Notes under the pieces: generated by a model
The model's database searches: none
Told to the model about the DNA's origin: nothing
What the model saw: the letters and a program-made list of their open reading frames with translations, nothing else
Shown here: piece by piece, positions 25,760 through 39,585 of the stretch
Layout of the letters: each line of letters opens with the position of its first letter
Position numbering within the stretch: the first letter of the stretch is position 1
Origin: Octopus bimaculoides
Taxonomy: Eukaryota
Direction: 5' to 3'
DNA: 64,000 nucleotides
Assembly: GCF_001194135.2 (NCBI RefSeq)
Contig: NC_068981.1
Span: forward strand, 27,054,200-27,118,199
Translations under genes and position numbers: made by a program

Positions 25760-26424
25760 TGTGTGTATGTATGTATGTATGTATGTATGTATTCTTAATC
25801 TACTTGAATAACAGTCTTAGACTTATAATTTTATGTATTGACTTTTTGATAGAATAATCATTTGTTTTGCAAAAGGTTTGTGTCTAGTACTCATATTTTA
25901 TTTTACGTTTTGGTCTAGAGAAGATTACTAAGTCGAATCAGTTTTTAATAAATCGCATTATACGCTTTGTAAACAATACTATACCGAGCAAGCTTTCTCC
26001 CTTGCATCGTCCTCATGTAGAATTCTAAGAAGAATCATGTGTATTAATACCACATAAAATGTAGGCATTGTGCCGAGCAAATCTGAGTAAATAGTCAATT
26101 TTTGATAAATGGTGTAATGAGTTCGATATCAAATAATGAGTGAAATAGTTGAGATATACTTTTGATATATTGTATATCTCTGCAAAATTTGTAAATTCTT
26201 ATGACGTCAACAGCATACAACTCTCGTTGCATAGAGAAATTGGAAGGATCATTGCCTTTGTTGAATGATAAAACGCCTACCATATTCAAAGATGTAGTTT
26301 CAAGTTCCACGGGTAGCCTTCGGAGGTTTTTTTAACTGAATAATGTTACCTTATTACTCATAGATTTAGGGGTTTCGAAATTAACTGTTCTCAGTTCCTA
26401 CTATGTCAACAGAATACAATTATA

Positions 26425-27675
26425 TTACGTTGTCAAGAAAATTCTAGCGATGTTTTAATCTTTAAATTTAGATGCACATATCTAGGTTCAAACAAAACTC
26501 CATTAATCGAAGTAAACGCCATCAGACTCAATACACTTTTGCCAACGCGAAGCAATTTTATTTAGGCCAGTAGCGTAAAAATTCTGCGTTCTGGTGGCGA
26601 TGTTTGGCATCGTCTTGGCTTTTGAAGCATTTCTCACGCAGGAAGTTGTCGAGGTGCTTGAAAAAGTGGTAGTCGGTAGGCGAGAGGACTGGTGAGCATG
26701 GTGAATGAGGCAAAGTTTCGTAGCCCAATTTGTTCAACTTCTGCAGGGTCAGTTGTGCGAGGTGTGACCGAACGTTGACGTGGAGAAGAATTGGTCCTTT
26801 TTTCTATTGACCAATGCTGGCTGTTGTTGTCGGAGTTTCGTTTGCATTTCATCCATTTGCTGACAGTACTTCTCCGCCGTAATTGTTTCGTCTGTATCCT
26901 AAAAGCTGTGACGGATGTGACCGGCATCAGACCACCAAACAGTCACCATCATCTTATTTTTGGTGCAACTTCGGCTTCCCGAAGCGGTGTCGAGCTTCGT
27001 CGGTTGTCGTAAAGAATCCACTTTCATCACAACTCACAATCCGGTCGAGGAACAGATCGGTCTTGTTGCGTAAAAGAAGGGAAGACGGCACTTCAAAACG
27101 GTGTGTTTTTTTTTTTTTTTGGTTGTCGTTCAATTCGTGTGGCACCCATTTCTCAAGTATTTTTGTTTTTCCAATTTCTTTCAAGTGGTTGGAAATTGTC
27201 GTATACGTTAAGTCTAATTCAGAAGCAAGCTCTCGAACAGTTGTGCGTGGATTGACTTCGACTAAGGCTCTTAGTTAATTGTTGTCACATCCGATGGCCG
27301 ACCACTATGTTTATGATCTTCAAGACTCTCATCACCGCTGCGAAATTTCTTCAACCACCATTGTGCTGAACGTTCATTAGTGGTTCCTGGGCCAAACACA
27401 TCGTTGATATCGCGAGCTGTTTCAGCAGCTTCTCGGCTTAGCTTGGACTGGAAAAAGAAAATCGTGCGAATTTGCTTTTTGTCCATGTTGTATTCAACGT
27501 TCACGAAAAAACGGTTTAATTACCCAACACGAAAAAGAGTTACACTATTAAACAGAGCGAAAAACGAGCTTTAAAAAGATATATGAAGTTAATGTAATTT
27601 AACGAAAATTAATTTGGAAATACATATTTTAAAACCAAAATTTAAAATTCCGCAAGAACTTCTTTGACAACCTAA
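26425..27675 (-). mobile_element. Full-length (1251 bp) decayed mariner, cecropia/Hsmar1-like
   Basis: TIRs TTACGTTGTCAAGAAAATTCTAGCGA and TTAGGTTGTCAAAGAAGTTCTTGCGG (20/26 match), TA at both ends. Transposase pieces MDKKQIRTIFF..FGPGTTNER..GDESLED, KWVPHEL, FLDRIVSCDE, TDYHFFKHLDNFL, RWQKCIESDGVYFD*. Confidence 0.92.
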
Positions 27676-29160
27676 TATATATGTGTGTGTGTGTGTGTTT
27701 GTGTTTGTGTGTGTATGTGTGTGTGTGTGTGTGTATGTGTGTGTGTGTGTGTGTGTAAATACTTGTTTAATTGTACCATTAACTATATACATATAGCAAT
27801 CAAATATTTATTGAAGGCGAAACAAAACGTGTTATTACAGGAGGAAAAGGTTAAGAGTTACTCCGAAATGTTGGTTTATTGTTTTAAGAAGACAACTAAG
27901 TCGAAAATTCGATGTTACTGTCAAACTTTTCCTCGTAAGAAAATGTACTTACCAATGATTATCCATTCAAACTGACACACAAGGTTTGGAATGTTGTGGA
28001 AGTCGGTAATCGATCATGCTGACACGAGAACTTCAATAAGGATTCAACGTGGAACGTCAATCCTGAAGAATAAACATTTGGTCCAGCGCGCAAACAACTC
28101 TGACGGCTACAATGCCGCAAACATATCTAATTCTTGAATGAGAGTGTATGTATGTGTTTGTATATCTATATATACATGTATACATACTTTCATACATACA
28201 CACATATATACGGTATACATATATATGTTTAGATTTATATATAGAGACACACACATATTTAAGTATATATATATATATTTATATACATTTATTATCTCCC
28301 GTTCTTCCTAGCTATCCTGTGTGACCTTTCTGTCCAGCATTCGCCGTGATAGATCGCTAGCCACTAACCTCGTTTTCTTCATTTTCGCTCCCTGTTTAGT
28401 TCTGTACTCGTTTCTGTCAAATGGAGCAAAACGCATATAAGAAATAAGTTCCTTTAGTTCCGACACATGTTTCGAAAATTACATGCACTCAATTCCAAAG
28501 GAATAAAAGGTGCTTTTATAAATATAATTTTCTCTTCAGGGAACCATCTTTTCACTGCAAGAGCTATACCGAATGTGAAAATTACGTATTTGAAAGAACG
28601 CTACATAGTTAAGTTTCAAAAAACCGTTAGATGTTAGAACGCTAGGTTACAGGATGTAGTATTAGGAGGAAAGTGATGAATGCTACAACTGGAGTTTAAT
28701 TGAAATAGAAGCCATGATAAACTACAGAAAATTCCTAAATAATAATAAATCAAGTGTTTGATAAATTATGCATGTAAATGGAAAGAAAAAGGGAAATAAT
28801 CCATTGAATTTGCATTTAGAATGTATGTTTACGTTTACATACGTGATTTATCAAACACTTAATTTATTCTTTATTATATCAACTCAAAATACATCACTTT
28901 AACGTGGAATTTCTACCTCTTAACTATGTATAATATCCCAGTTTCTCTTTTAATTTTACTACCCTGGTAACTATTAACATATTTACCTTATCGAAGTTAT
29001 TCAACTAAGATAATATCATTACCTATATATATATATATNNNNNNNNNNNNNNNNNNNNNNNNNNNNNNNNNNNNNNNNNNNNNNNNNNNNNNNNNNNNNN
29101 NNNNNNNNNNNNNNNNNNNNNNNNNNNNNNNNNNNNNNNNNNNNNNNNNNNNNNNNNNTA

Positions 29161-29245
29161 TATTGATTGATTGATTGATTGATCGATCGATTTGATTGAT
29201 TGATTGATTGATTTGATTGATTGATTGATGGATTGACTGATTGAA
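29161..29245. repeat. (TGAT)n microsatellite
   Basis: Directly visible. Confidence 0.9.
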
Positions 29246-29747
29246 AGAAGAATGAAAAATTGTCCGACACGTGTCGGGCTATTACTATGGATAAACTGAC
29301 TGGAGATAACATTAAGTCTGAAAGTTCAAACTCTTCATTTTTTTGTATTATCAATGTTGTACTTTACACTCTAAGTAGCCAAGAAATAAACTGTAACATC
29401 GGATGGAAGCTAAAGGAAGATTACCAAAAAATCTACCATGAGAAGGAACCAGCCTTGGCATTTTAGTCAGAGAAATTCGGTGTTTGCCAGGATATTATAT
29501 CGCTCCTGTTTCTACACACACACACACACACACACATATCACACGCTCCATTTCTAGATCGCATATGTACATACATTCATGCATTTATATATACATACAT
29601 ACGTAATTTATACACACAATTTTAAATATGTAAACACACACACACATTTTGAAACACTAATATATGACATGGTTTACTCTTAATTATAAAGCCATTTTAG
29701 CAAATGTCGAAAGCATCATCAATATTAACAGTCATATTTACAATTTT

Positions 29748-29777
29748 CTTCTTCTTCTTCTTCTTCTTCTTCTTCTT

Positions 29778-29863
<86 letters not shown>
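29748..29863. repeat. Compound (CTT)n-(ATT)n microsatellite
   Basis: Directly visible; runs into a gap. Confidence 0.95.
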
Positions 29864-31257
29864 NNNNNNNNNNNNNNNNNNNNNNNNNNNNNNNNNNNNN
29901 NNNNNNNNNNNNNNNNNNNNNNNNNNNNNNNNNNNNNNNNNNNNNNNNNNNNNNNNNNNNNNNNNNNNNNNNNNNNNNNNNNNNNNNNNNNNNNNNNNNN
30001 NNNNNNNNNNNNNNNNNNNNNNNNNNNNNNNNNNNNNNNNNNNNNNNNNNNNNNNNNNNNNNNNNNNNNNNNNNNNNNNNNNNNNNNNNNNNNNNNNNNN
30101 NNNNNNNNNNNNNNNNNNNNNNNNNNNNNNNNNNNNNNNNNNNNNNNNNNNNNNNNNNNNNNNNNNNNNNNNNNNNNNNNNNNNNNNNNNNNNNNNNNNN
30201 NNNNNNNNNNNNNNNNNNNNNNNNNNNNNNNNNNNNNNNNNNNNNNNNNNNNNNNNNNNNNNNNNNNNNNNNNNNNNNNNNNNNNNNNNNNNNNNNNNNN
30301 NNNNNNNNNNNNNNNNNNNNNNNNNNNNNNNNNNNNNNNNNNNNNNNNNNNNNNNNNNNNNNNNNNNNNNNNNNNNNNNNNNNNNNNNNNNNNNNNNNNN
30401 NNNNNNNNNNNNNNNNNNNNNNNNNNNNNNNNNNNNNNNNNNNNNNNNNNNNNNNNNNNNNNNNNNNNNNNNNNNNNNNNNNNNNNNNNNNNNNNNNNNN
30501 NNNNNNNNNNNNNNNNNNNNNNNNNNNNNNNNNNNNNNNNNNNNNNNNNNNNNNNNNNNNNNNNNNNNNNNNNNNNNNNNNNNNNNNNNNNNNNNNNNNN
30601 NNNNNNNNNNNNNNNNNNNNNNNNNNNNNNNNNNNNNNNNNNNNNNNNNNNNNNNNNNNNNNNNNNNNNNNNNNNNNNNNNNNNNNNNNNNNNNNNNNNN
30701 NNNNNNNNNNNNNNNNNNNNNNNNNNNNTATATATATATATATATATATTAGGTCGAGGGAATCATCATGTTGGACAGTGACCTAAGTGAGGTTAACAGG
30801 TGTGTCATTTTAAATGCATGAAGATTAAGAAGATTTGAAATTTACAATTATCTAAGAATATTTATCAAGAATTCTTCTCCTCTATCTTTAGATATATACC
30901 TCGCTCATATATATAAAGATTTCGGATTCTGTCCACACAACTAATCATATTAAATAGTAAACTGAATATATCAAATCATCAGTCACGTCATTTGAGAGTT
31001 GAAATTCATTAATAATGTTATCCAGGTTCGCGTTGTCAAATTCTATTAATGCTTTATATATTTTATGCATTATTATAACAGAGTTCTTCGAATTTTATCA
31101 TCACCAACATATATGCATATATATAGACAGAGAAGGTCCAAAGTTTATATACAGGCAGATAGACACACACATACACACACACATTTAACCATGCAAATAT
31201 AAGGTATAGACTACAATACATGAATTGCCACACACACACACATATATATAGATATAA

Positions 31258-31300
<43 letters not shown>

Positions 31301-31301
<1 letters not shown>

Positions 31302-32141
31302 TGCTACATACACATATATATTTCACCATATATGCTCAGACATATTTACGTGTATGTGTGAGTACATGCGAGTTTGCGTGTGTTTATATATGGGTTAGTG
31401 CGTTGCTTTATTCCAATGACTTGGTGACTGTAATTGATTAATTTCATGAATTGCATTGGTTTACTTAATTAGGGGAGAGTGAGATAATTTTTAATCGTAN
31501 NNNNNNNNNNNNNNNNNNNNNNNNNNNNNNNNNNNNNNNNNNNNNNNNNNNNNNNNNNNNNNNNNNNNNNNNNNNNNNNNNNNNNNNNNNNNNNNNNNNN
31601 NNNNNNNNNNNNNNNNNNNNNNNNNNNNNNNNNNNNNNNNNNNNNNNNNNNNNNNNNNNNNNNNNNNNNNNNNNNNNNNNNNNNNNNNNNNNNNNNNNNN
31701 NNNNNNNNNNNNNNNNNNNNNNNNNNNNNNNNNNNNNNNNNNNNNNNNNNNNNNNNNNNNNNNNNNNNNNNNNNNNNNNNNNNNNNNNNNNNNNNNNNNN
31801 NNNNNNNNNNNNNNNNNNNNNNNNNNNNNNNNNNNNNNNNNNNNNNNNNNNNNNNNNNNNNNNNNNNNNNNNNNNNNNNNNNNNNNNNNNNNNNNNNNNN
31901 NNNNNNNNNNNNNNNNNNNNNNNNNNNNNNNNNNNNNNNNNNNNNNNNNNNNNNNNNNNNNNNNNNNNNNNNNNNNNNNNNNNNNNNNNNNNNNNNNNNN
32001 NNNNNNNNNNNNNNNNNNNNNNNNNNNNNNNNNNNNNNNNNNNNNNNNNNNNNNNNNNNNNNNNNNNNNNNNNNNNNNNNNNNNNNNNNNNNNNNNNNAT
32101 ATATATATATATATACACATATATATATACATATATATATG

Positions 32142-32173
<32 letters not shown>

Positions 32174-32372
32174 CTGCTACATACACATATATATTTCACC
32201 ATATATGCTCAGACATATTTACGTGTATGTGTGAGTACATGCGAGTTTGCGTGTGTTTATATATGGGTTAGTGCGTTGCTTTATTCCAATGACTTGGTGA
32301 CTGTAATTGATTAATTTCATGAATTGCATTGGTTTACTTAATTAGGGGAGAGTGAGATAATTTTTAATCGTA
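31301..32372. other. Identical 199-bp segments (31301-31499 and 32174-32372) flanking an N-gap; probable assembly overlap artefact
   Basis: The two segments read identically from CTGCTACATAC to TTTTAATCGTA, and the first ends exactly at the gap. Confidence 0.75.
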
Positions 32373-32543
32373 AGTGGATTAACTTACCCAATGTACATGG
32401 GAGTTTTCGTAGAATAAGTGCAATACATTTGAAATAGTGACAGATAATAATTATATATAAAATACCACATAGAAGTTGATCTAACAAGACACTATGTAAA
32501 TATATTTGCACTGAGACAGATATACATGCCTGTATACACGTTA

Positions 32544-32585
<42 letters not shown>

Positions 32586-32586
<1 letters not shown>

Positions 32587-33802
32587 TGGCGTAGGAGTGG
32601 CTGTGTAGTAAGTAGCTTTACGATCCACATGGTTCCGGGCTCAGTCCCACAGCGTGGTACATTGGGCAAGTGTCTTCTACTATAGCCTCGGGCCGACCAA
32701 AGCCTTGTGAGTGGATTTGGTAGACGGAAACTGAAAGAAGCCCGTCGTATATATATATATATATATATATATTAGGGACAAAATCCAAAATTACAGGTAA
32801 AAAACTCAATTAAAATCAATTTATAAAAAATTAAAATTAAATTGAGCCTTATAGATAAAGTATATATNNNNNNNNNNNNNNNNNNNNNNNNNNNNNNNNN
32901 NNNNNNNNNNNNNNNNNNNNNNNNNNNNNNNNNNNNNNNNNNNNNNNNNNNNNNNNNNNNNNNNNNNNNNNNNNNNNNNNNNNNNNNNNNNNNNNNNNNN
33001 NNNNNNNNNNNNNNNNNNNNNNNNNNNNNNNNNNNNNNNNNNNNNNNNNNNNNNNNNNNNNNNNNNNNNNNNNNNNNNNNNNNNNNNNNNNNNNNNNNNN
33101 NNNNNNNNNNNNNNNNNNNNNNNNNNNNNNNNNNNNNNNNNNNNNNNNNNNNNNNNNNNNNNNNNNNNNNNNNNNNNNNNNNNNNNNNNNNNNNNNNNNN
33201 NNNNNNNNNNNNNNNNNNNNNNNNNNNNNNNNNNNNNNNNNNNNNNNNNNNNNNNNNNNNNNNNNNNNNNNNNNNNNNNNNNNNNNNNNNNNNNNNNNNN
33301 NNNNNNNNNNNNNNNNNNNNNNNNNNNNNNNNNNNNNNNNNNNNNNNNNNNNNNNNNNNNNNNNNNNNNNNNNNNNNNNNNNNNNNNNNNNNNNNNNNNN
33401 NNNNNNNNNNNNNNNNNNNNNNNNNNNNNNNNNNNNNNNNNNNNNNNNNNNNNNNNNNNNNNNNNNNNNNNNNNNNNNNNNNNNNNNNNNNNNNNNNNNN
33501 NNNNNNNNNNNNNNNNNNNNNNNNNNNNNNNNNNNNNNNNNNNNNNNNNNNNNNNNNNNNNNNNNNNNNNNNNNNNNNNNNNNNNNNNNNNNNNNNNNNN
33601 NNNNNNNNNNNNNNNNNNNNNNNNNNNNNNNNNNNNNNNNNNNNNNNNNNNNNNNNNNNNNNNNNNNNNNNNNNNNNNNNNNNNNNNNNNNNNACCGATA
33701 GAATAAGTACTAGGCTTACAAAGAATAAGTCTAAAAGGCGGTTCTCCAGCATGGCCACAGTCAAATGACTGAAACAAGCAGAAGAGTAAAAGAGAGTAAA
33801 AG

Positions 33803-33805
<3 letters not shown>
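32586..33805 (+). mobile_element. SINE family A interrupted by a nested insert and an N-gap
   Basis: Head 32586-32747, (TA)n, unrelated AT-rich insert from about 32775, gap, then the tail CCGATAGAATAAGTACTAGGC..GACTGAAACAAG at 33694-33805. Confidence 0.85.
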
Positions 33806-33843
<38 letters not shown>

Positions 33844-34370
33844 GTGTACATATATATGTACGTGTATATGTATGTATGTGTGTTTGTGTGTATATGTAAA
33901 TACATACATGTACATATGTTTATATAAACATATGTATATATACATACACACGATGTTGTGTGCACGGACACATGCAACCATATATAAATTTTATTTTTAT
34001 GTTATCAAAAGTTGACGCAAGATCTAATATTTTCGTGCGTGGTACTAATTAAGCTGAACTGAAGTTTCTGAACTCTTTAAAATAACAAGACAGGAAAACA
34101 ATGCTTGACATATATGTAATGAAATGTGATGGAAGAAGTGACTTTCAACATTTTGGACCTTAGTCTTTCATTAGCAGGAAACAAGGAAGTTGTAGGACAG
34201 AAAAATAGACAGTGAAAGACTTTCGATGAATTAGAATCCAAATGCCAGATGAGAATATTGTTTTAAAACGGGATTATAAACAAAGGGGCATAAACTGGTG
34301 TGTCGATGTAAGTATAAGGGTGTCTTTGTGTCCTGAAACTAGCATTAGTGCGAAGTCGTGTGTAAATATT

Positions 34371-34575
34371 GGTTTCAAATTTTCGCACGAGGCCAGGATT
34401 TTGGGGTGATGGTGCTTATCGATTACATCGACACCAGTGTTCAAATGGTACTTAATTTATCATCCCCTGGAAGGGATGAAAGGCAAAGTGAACCTCGGTA
34501 GAATTTGAACACAGAACGTGCAGACAGATTTTGAACTCAGAAGGTGCTTAACGATTCTGCCACCTCACCGTCAAT
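34371..34575 (-). mobile_element. SINE family B with 13-bp TSD
   Basis: TSD GTGTGTAAATATT at 34358-34370 and 34576-34588; core GGATGAAAGGCAAAGTGAACCTCGG. Confidence 0.88.
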
Positions 34576-34616
34576 GTGTGTAAATATTAATGTGTTATAT
34601 GTCGTATGTTATTTGT

Positions 34617-34856
34617 GGAGACACGATGGTTAGGGCAGCGGACTCGCGGCCGGAGGATCGCGGTTTCGATCCCCAGACCAGGAGTTGTGTGTGTTTATTG
34701 AGCGCAAACACTTAAGCTCCACGAGGTTCCGGCTCTTCTTTCTTCCTCTTTTTTGAGTAAAGCTGCGATGGACTGATGTCTCGTCCCACCATAGAAACCG
34801 GGAAACTGGACGAATGAGCCTGGCTAGACTTTAAAAGGGCGCATAAATAAATAAAT
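34617..34856 (+). mobile_element. SINE: family C head plus V-domain-like block and TTTAAAAGGGCGCAT tail (internally deleted)
   Basis: GGTTAGGGCAGCGGACTCGCGG..GGTTTCGATCCCCAGACC..GCTGCGATGGACTG..TTTAAAAGGGCGCATAAATAAAT; possible TSD ATATGTCGTA. Confidence 0.85.
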
Positions 34857-35190
34857 ATATGTCGTACAGTCGGCATTAACTCGTATCCGTGTAGTAGATC
34901 TGTAGCCAGTTATTGAGTCTTTTCATCTTCATGGGTGCGAAGAGTGTCTCTGCACAAGGTAGCTGGTCAGACCAAGGGTGGTATAGAAGAGCCGGAAGCA
35001 TATATTGAGGGGGACGACGAAGCTGAATAGGAATATGTAAATGTTGATGCTTATTGGATTTAGTTCGTAGCACTGGTATGTTTGTGAGTGCGTAATCGTT
35101 AGATGAGTGATTCATGTGAAATCTGTATCTGAGAAGCATTGCCAGCGATACATACATGTGCACACACAAATGCATTGTTTTATATATATG

Positions 35191-35272
<82 letters not shown>

Positions 35273-35981
35273 CATGAATATACACATGCTATTTCATATC
35301 AATAGTCAACGTATAACATACATAGATTCAAAAATGTCGTTTGAAAACTATCTAAGCATGATGCACATATACACGCGCACAAACACATAAAACTGCACAT
35401 GCACACGCATACTCCCAAGAAGTATATATACAAGCAAAAATATATATATAAGAGAAAGAAGCAACAGGCAATTAACATAAGGAACAATTATATATGTATA
35501 CATACATTTACATCTGCGCAGGCAGGCAGGCAGGCAGGCGCGCGCGCGCACACACACACACACATACACACACACACGCGCGCACACACACATGTTCGGT
35601 ATGTGAGAGAAACTTAACCAAGGTAATGAACTTCTCATTTATCAAAAATTGATCTGATTCAAGACTTGAAATTTCCATCCACAAAAATCAGGGAATTCTT
35701 TACCTTTGACGGTCTGTACCTCCAACGTTGATGAATTAATAATGAACACTCATGACCAATATTAGACATAATTCAGTAGACAACACGTAATCGAAAAAGG
35801 AATTGTTTATTGCTTAGCAAAAGCAAAGAGATTGTACATGTATTATTTCTGTGCCAAAACGATCCGTACCATTGCTTTACTTTAGAACACTTTGACTCAA
35901 TCGACTGTAATACATATATGTTGAATATATTGAAAAGAATTATGGAAGAAAACGTCATTAAATATGTAGAGTCATTGACTA

Positions 35982-35990
35982 GATCTATCC

Positions 35991-36058
<68 letters not shown>

Positions 36059-36329
36059 GTCTATCTAACGGTCTGTTTATCTGTCTGTCTGCCTGTAATT
36101 CTATATATGTATATATCTTTCTATCTAATTATCTATCTATCTGTCTGTCTTTCAGTTTGCCTTGTATGTATGTATGTATGTATCTATCTATCTATCTATT
36201 TATTTATTTATATCTGCCTATTTATCTATCTATCCATTTATTTATGCCTGTCTATTTATCTATCTATCTATCTATCTATCAATCTCTCCCTCTCACACGC
36301 TCTCTCTCTCTCTCTCTCTCTTTCCACAC

Positions 36330-36370
<41 letters not shown>

Positions 36371-36390
36371 CCCACACACACGCACACACA
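35982..36390. repeat. Compound (CTAT)n/(CT)n/(CA)n microsatellite
   Basis: Directly visible. Confidence 0.9.
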
Positions 36391-36984
36391 TAAATATTCA
36401 CATTCTTAACAACATCAGGCATATGTTAAATACTGCAGGTGCTGGTAATTATTTTGGAATGATTTTGGCTGGCAAAATAATCCATTATAAGTTGACTTCA
36501 TATCATCCATCCATACGCATAAACTGAGATAACAGTAGCATATATATTTCAATAAATATACTTTTGATATAGCAAAAGTGCTCGAAATTATTATCAATCC
36601 GAACACGCCCATACCATCTGAAATTATTGGCAACCGTGGGCCATTGAGTCATTTAATTCCTCAATGAATGCCTTCTTCTCAATTGCCTTGTAATGAGTTC
36701 TCTCTATATGAGAATTAGTTGTACAAAGTGCGTTATGCTATCATCACACACATATATACATTCACATATATTGTGCGTATATGTATGTATATTTGTATTT
36801 ATGTATGTATGTTTGTATTTATGTATTTATGTTCGTGAGCTTGTTCTGTCATGTAGATAGAATCTGATATACACTGACGTACGCAATGATTTACGGTAGA
36901 AAACAAGAGAATTTGGAACCAAAGGTAACAAAGTAAGTTTTGCTGACATATATATTGGTAATCACACCGGTATAAAATAGATAG

Positions 36985-37054
36985 ACAGACATACAGACAG
37001 ATAGACAGACAGACAGACAGACTGATAGACCGACAGACAGATAGTCAGACAGAC

Positions 37055-37123
<69 letters not shown>
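36985..37123. repeat. (AGAC)n/(AGAT)n microsatellite
   Basis: Directly visible. Confidence 0.95.
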
Positions 37124-37124
<1 letters not shown>

Positions 37125-37611
37125 TTACGCATACACGTACGTAAAACAAACGTGTGCACATATAGAAATATATATGTACTTAATATATACATACACATGG
37201 CACGAGATAGATGTATGTGTATGTATAAATATATATGCGACTGTGTGTGTAAGTGAGTATGTGTGAACGAACACTCGTGTGTGTATTGCAATATTCCAAA
37301 CGTAGTTCGCAACGCACATAGAAGTGACACAGAGTTTGAAGTTCGTGTGATGGTTCGCTGATCACACTGATGGCAATTGTTACCCTGGGGACTTACAGCT
37401 CAGCGCCTCTATTACCAATTGCTTGAATACAAATTACATAATTACACAGTCGGAGGCGCCATGATTCAGTCAGTACGGATGGAAGTGACAAGGTAGAAAA
37501 GGCAGGACCACACAAGATCGTGGCTTGTCGTCGCCATGTTTTGTTCATTTTGTCGAATAATTCACAATCCGCAGATTATCCGCGGCCAACTTTTTTAATT
37601 TGAAGTTCCAG

Positions 37612-37669
<58 letters not shown>

Positions 37670-37714
37670 ACTTATTTGCAAACACAAGCAAAAATTTCTA
37701 TGTATATATGTATA

Positions 37715-37958
37715 GGCGCAGCAGTGGCTGTGTGCTAAGTAGTTTGCTTACCAACCACTTGGTTCCGGGTTCATTCCCACTGCGTGGCACCTTGGGCAAG
37801 TGTTGTGGTAAGTAGTTTGCTTACCGACCACATGGTTCCGGGTTCAGTCCCACTGCGTGGCACCTTGGGCAAGTGTCTTCTACTATAGCCTCGGGCCGAC
37901 CAAAGCCTTGTGAGTGGATTTGGTAGACGGAAACTGAAAGAAGCCCGTCGTATATCTG

Positions 37959-37991
<33 letters not shown>

Positions 37992-38188
37992 TTGTGTGTC
38001 TGTGTTTGTCCCCAACCGATGCTGGTGTGTTTACGTCCCCGTAACTTAGCGGTTCGGCAAAAAGAGACCGATAGAATAATTACTAGGCTTACAAAGAAAA
38101 AGTCATGGGCTCGATTTTCTCGACTAAAGGCGGTGCTCCAGCATGGCCGCAATCAAAAATGACTGAAACAAGTAAAAGAGTAAAAGAG
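37715..38188 (+). mobile_element. Full-length SINE family A with a tandemly duplicated 73-bp head segment
   Basis: Head, CORE-like CACCTTGGGCAAGTGT, internal (TA)(TG)n and (GTAAAAGA)n tail; duplication 37731-37803 / 37804-37876. Confidence 0.9.
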
Positions 38189-38746
38189 TATGTAGGGTTG
38201 ATTGCATATGTGTAGTTATATATACGTATTATAAACACACACAGCTATGTAGATATATTTACGGATGCATATCTACATAGGTATCCATACATAGAGAGAC
38301 ATACAGGCAAATACTTAAATGCATATATTCAGTCATGCATTCAAATATATATATATATATATATATACTTACATTTCTGAACAATAATATCTAATGGTAA
38401 AATCAGGAACTCACCTTGTGTTATGTAGAATTACTTACGAACTATGAGATTACGCGTCAGAAACAAAGACGGTCGTGTACTCTCAACCTTCTAGAAATGA
38501 TAATTAGATCTCCCTCATATTATATCTAACATTGAAGGAAAGAAAATGACACTTTACATAATATATTTTCATTGATACCACCTAAGTAGACATGATGTTT
38601 AATGCCAGAACACCTTATGTCATAGACCTGCTTCATTATTGCCGGGCATAAGTTAACAATATCAAAAAAATATAGATATATGATCACATTGTTAATGCAC
38701 GTGATATTAAAAATCTGAAGTATTTTTATATTTCATGTTTAAAAAT

Positions 38747-38960
38747 CCTTTCTACTAAAGGCATACGGCCTGAAATTTGGGGTGGGAGGACTAGTAGATT
38801 ACACCGACACCTGTGTTTCACTGGTACTTAATTTATCGACCCCGAAAGGATGAAAGGCAAAGTCAACCTCGGTGAAATTTCAACTCAGAACGTAGCGACG
38901 GGCGAAACGCCGCTAAGAATTTCGTCCGACGTGCTAACGATTTTGCTAGCTGGCTGCCTT
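38747..38960 (-). mobile_element. SINE family B with 17-bp TSD
   Basis: TSD ATTTCATGTTTAAAAAT at 38730-38746 and 38961-38977; core GACCCCGAAAGGATGAAAGGCAAAGTCAACCTCGG. Confidence 0.9.
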
Positions 38961-39585
38961 ATTTCATGTTTAAAAATGACAGGTTGTATGTCGAAGATAG
39001 TTAAATTCTAAAGAACTCTACTTTGTACACCATATACATTAATAAAACATGTTTCTGTATATTTCCTTAATTAATCATTTATTGCTAATTTTAGTTTAGA
39101 TAAACGCCACTGACAAGTAGTAAACATTGAAGAAACACCACTAGAATGTTCAAAATGGAACCACCAAGATTTGAACATGCCAGCCATTATCTTAATGTTA
39201 TTACACCCATCGAAAATGAGCACTTTCCTGACTTTATTTGCAACGATGGTAAAGTACTATAACAGTATATACTTTGGTTTAATGTCAGTGATCATAACCA
39301 AAGATTTATAGACACGTGAGAAATAACCCAACTCGAATATTTTTGCAACGAACAGATGTCCATGAAAGAGAGAGTATCTGTCAAAGGGCAGTATAAACAG
39401 CATGTATAGAATGACTGGACCGCCCATAATTCAAACTGCAGATACATTGGTGTGGGTTCAGAAATAATTTATCGTGCACCTCTTGTGAAATGTATTCCGT
39501 TTTGAATGACAGAGGCGAGAAAAAAATACGTAAAGAACTCGATTAGAATAAAAGCACACATATCCAATGATATGTTGTCATCTCT

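Noticed and set aside
34617-34690. tRNA genes at SINE heads (also 37715, 39900, 51585)
   Set aside because: A/B boxes are present, but no full cloverleaf; they continue into SINE bodies with TSDs.
37404-37430. Minus-strand mini-exon IGNRGAEL resembling an LRR motif
   Set aside because: Too short, and the surrounding frame lacks the LxxLxLxxN pattern.
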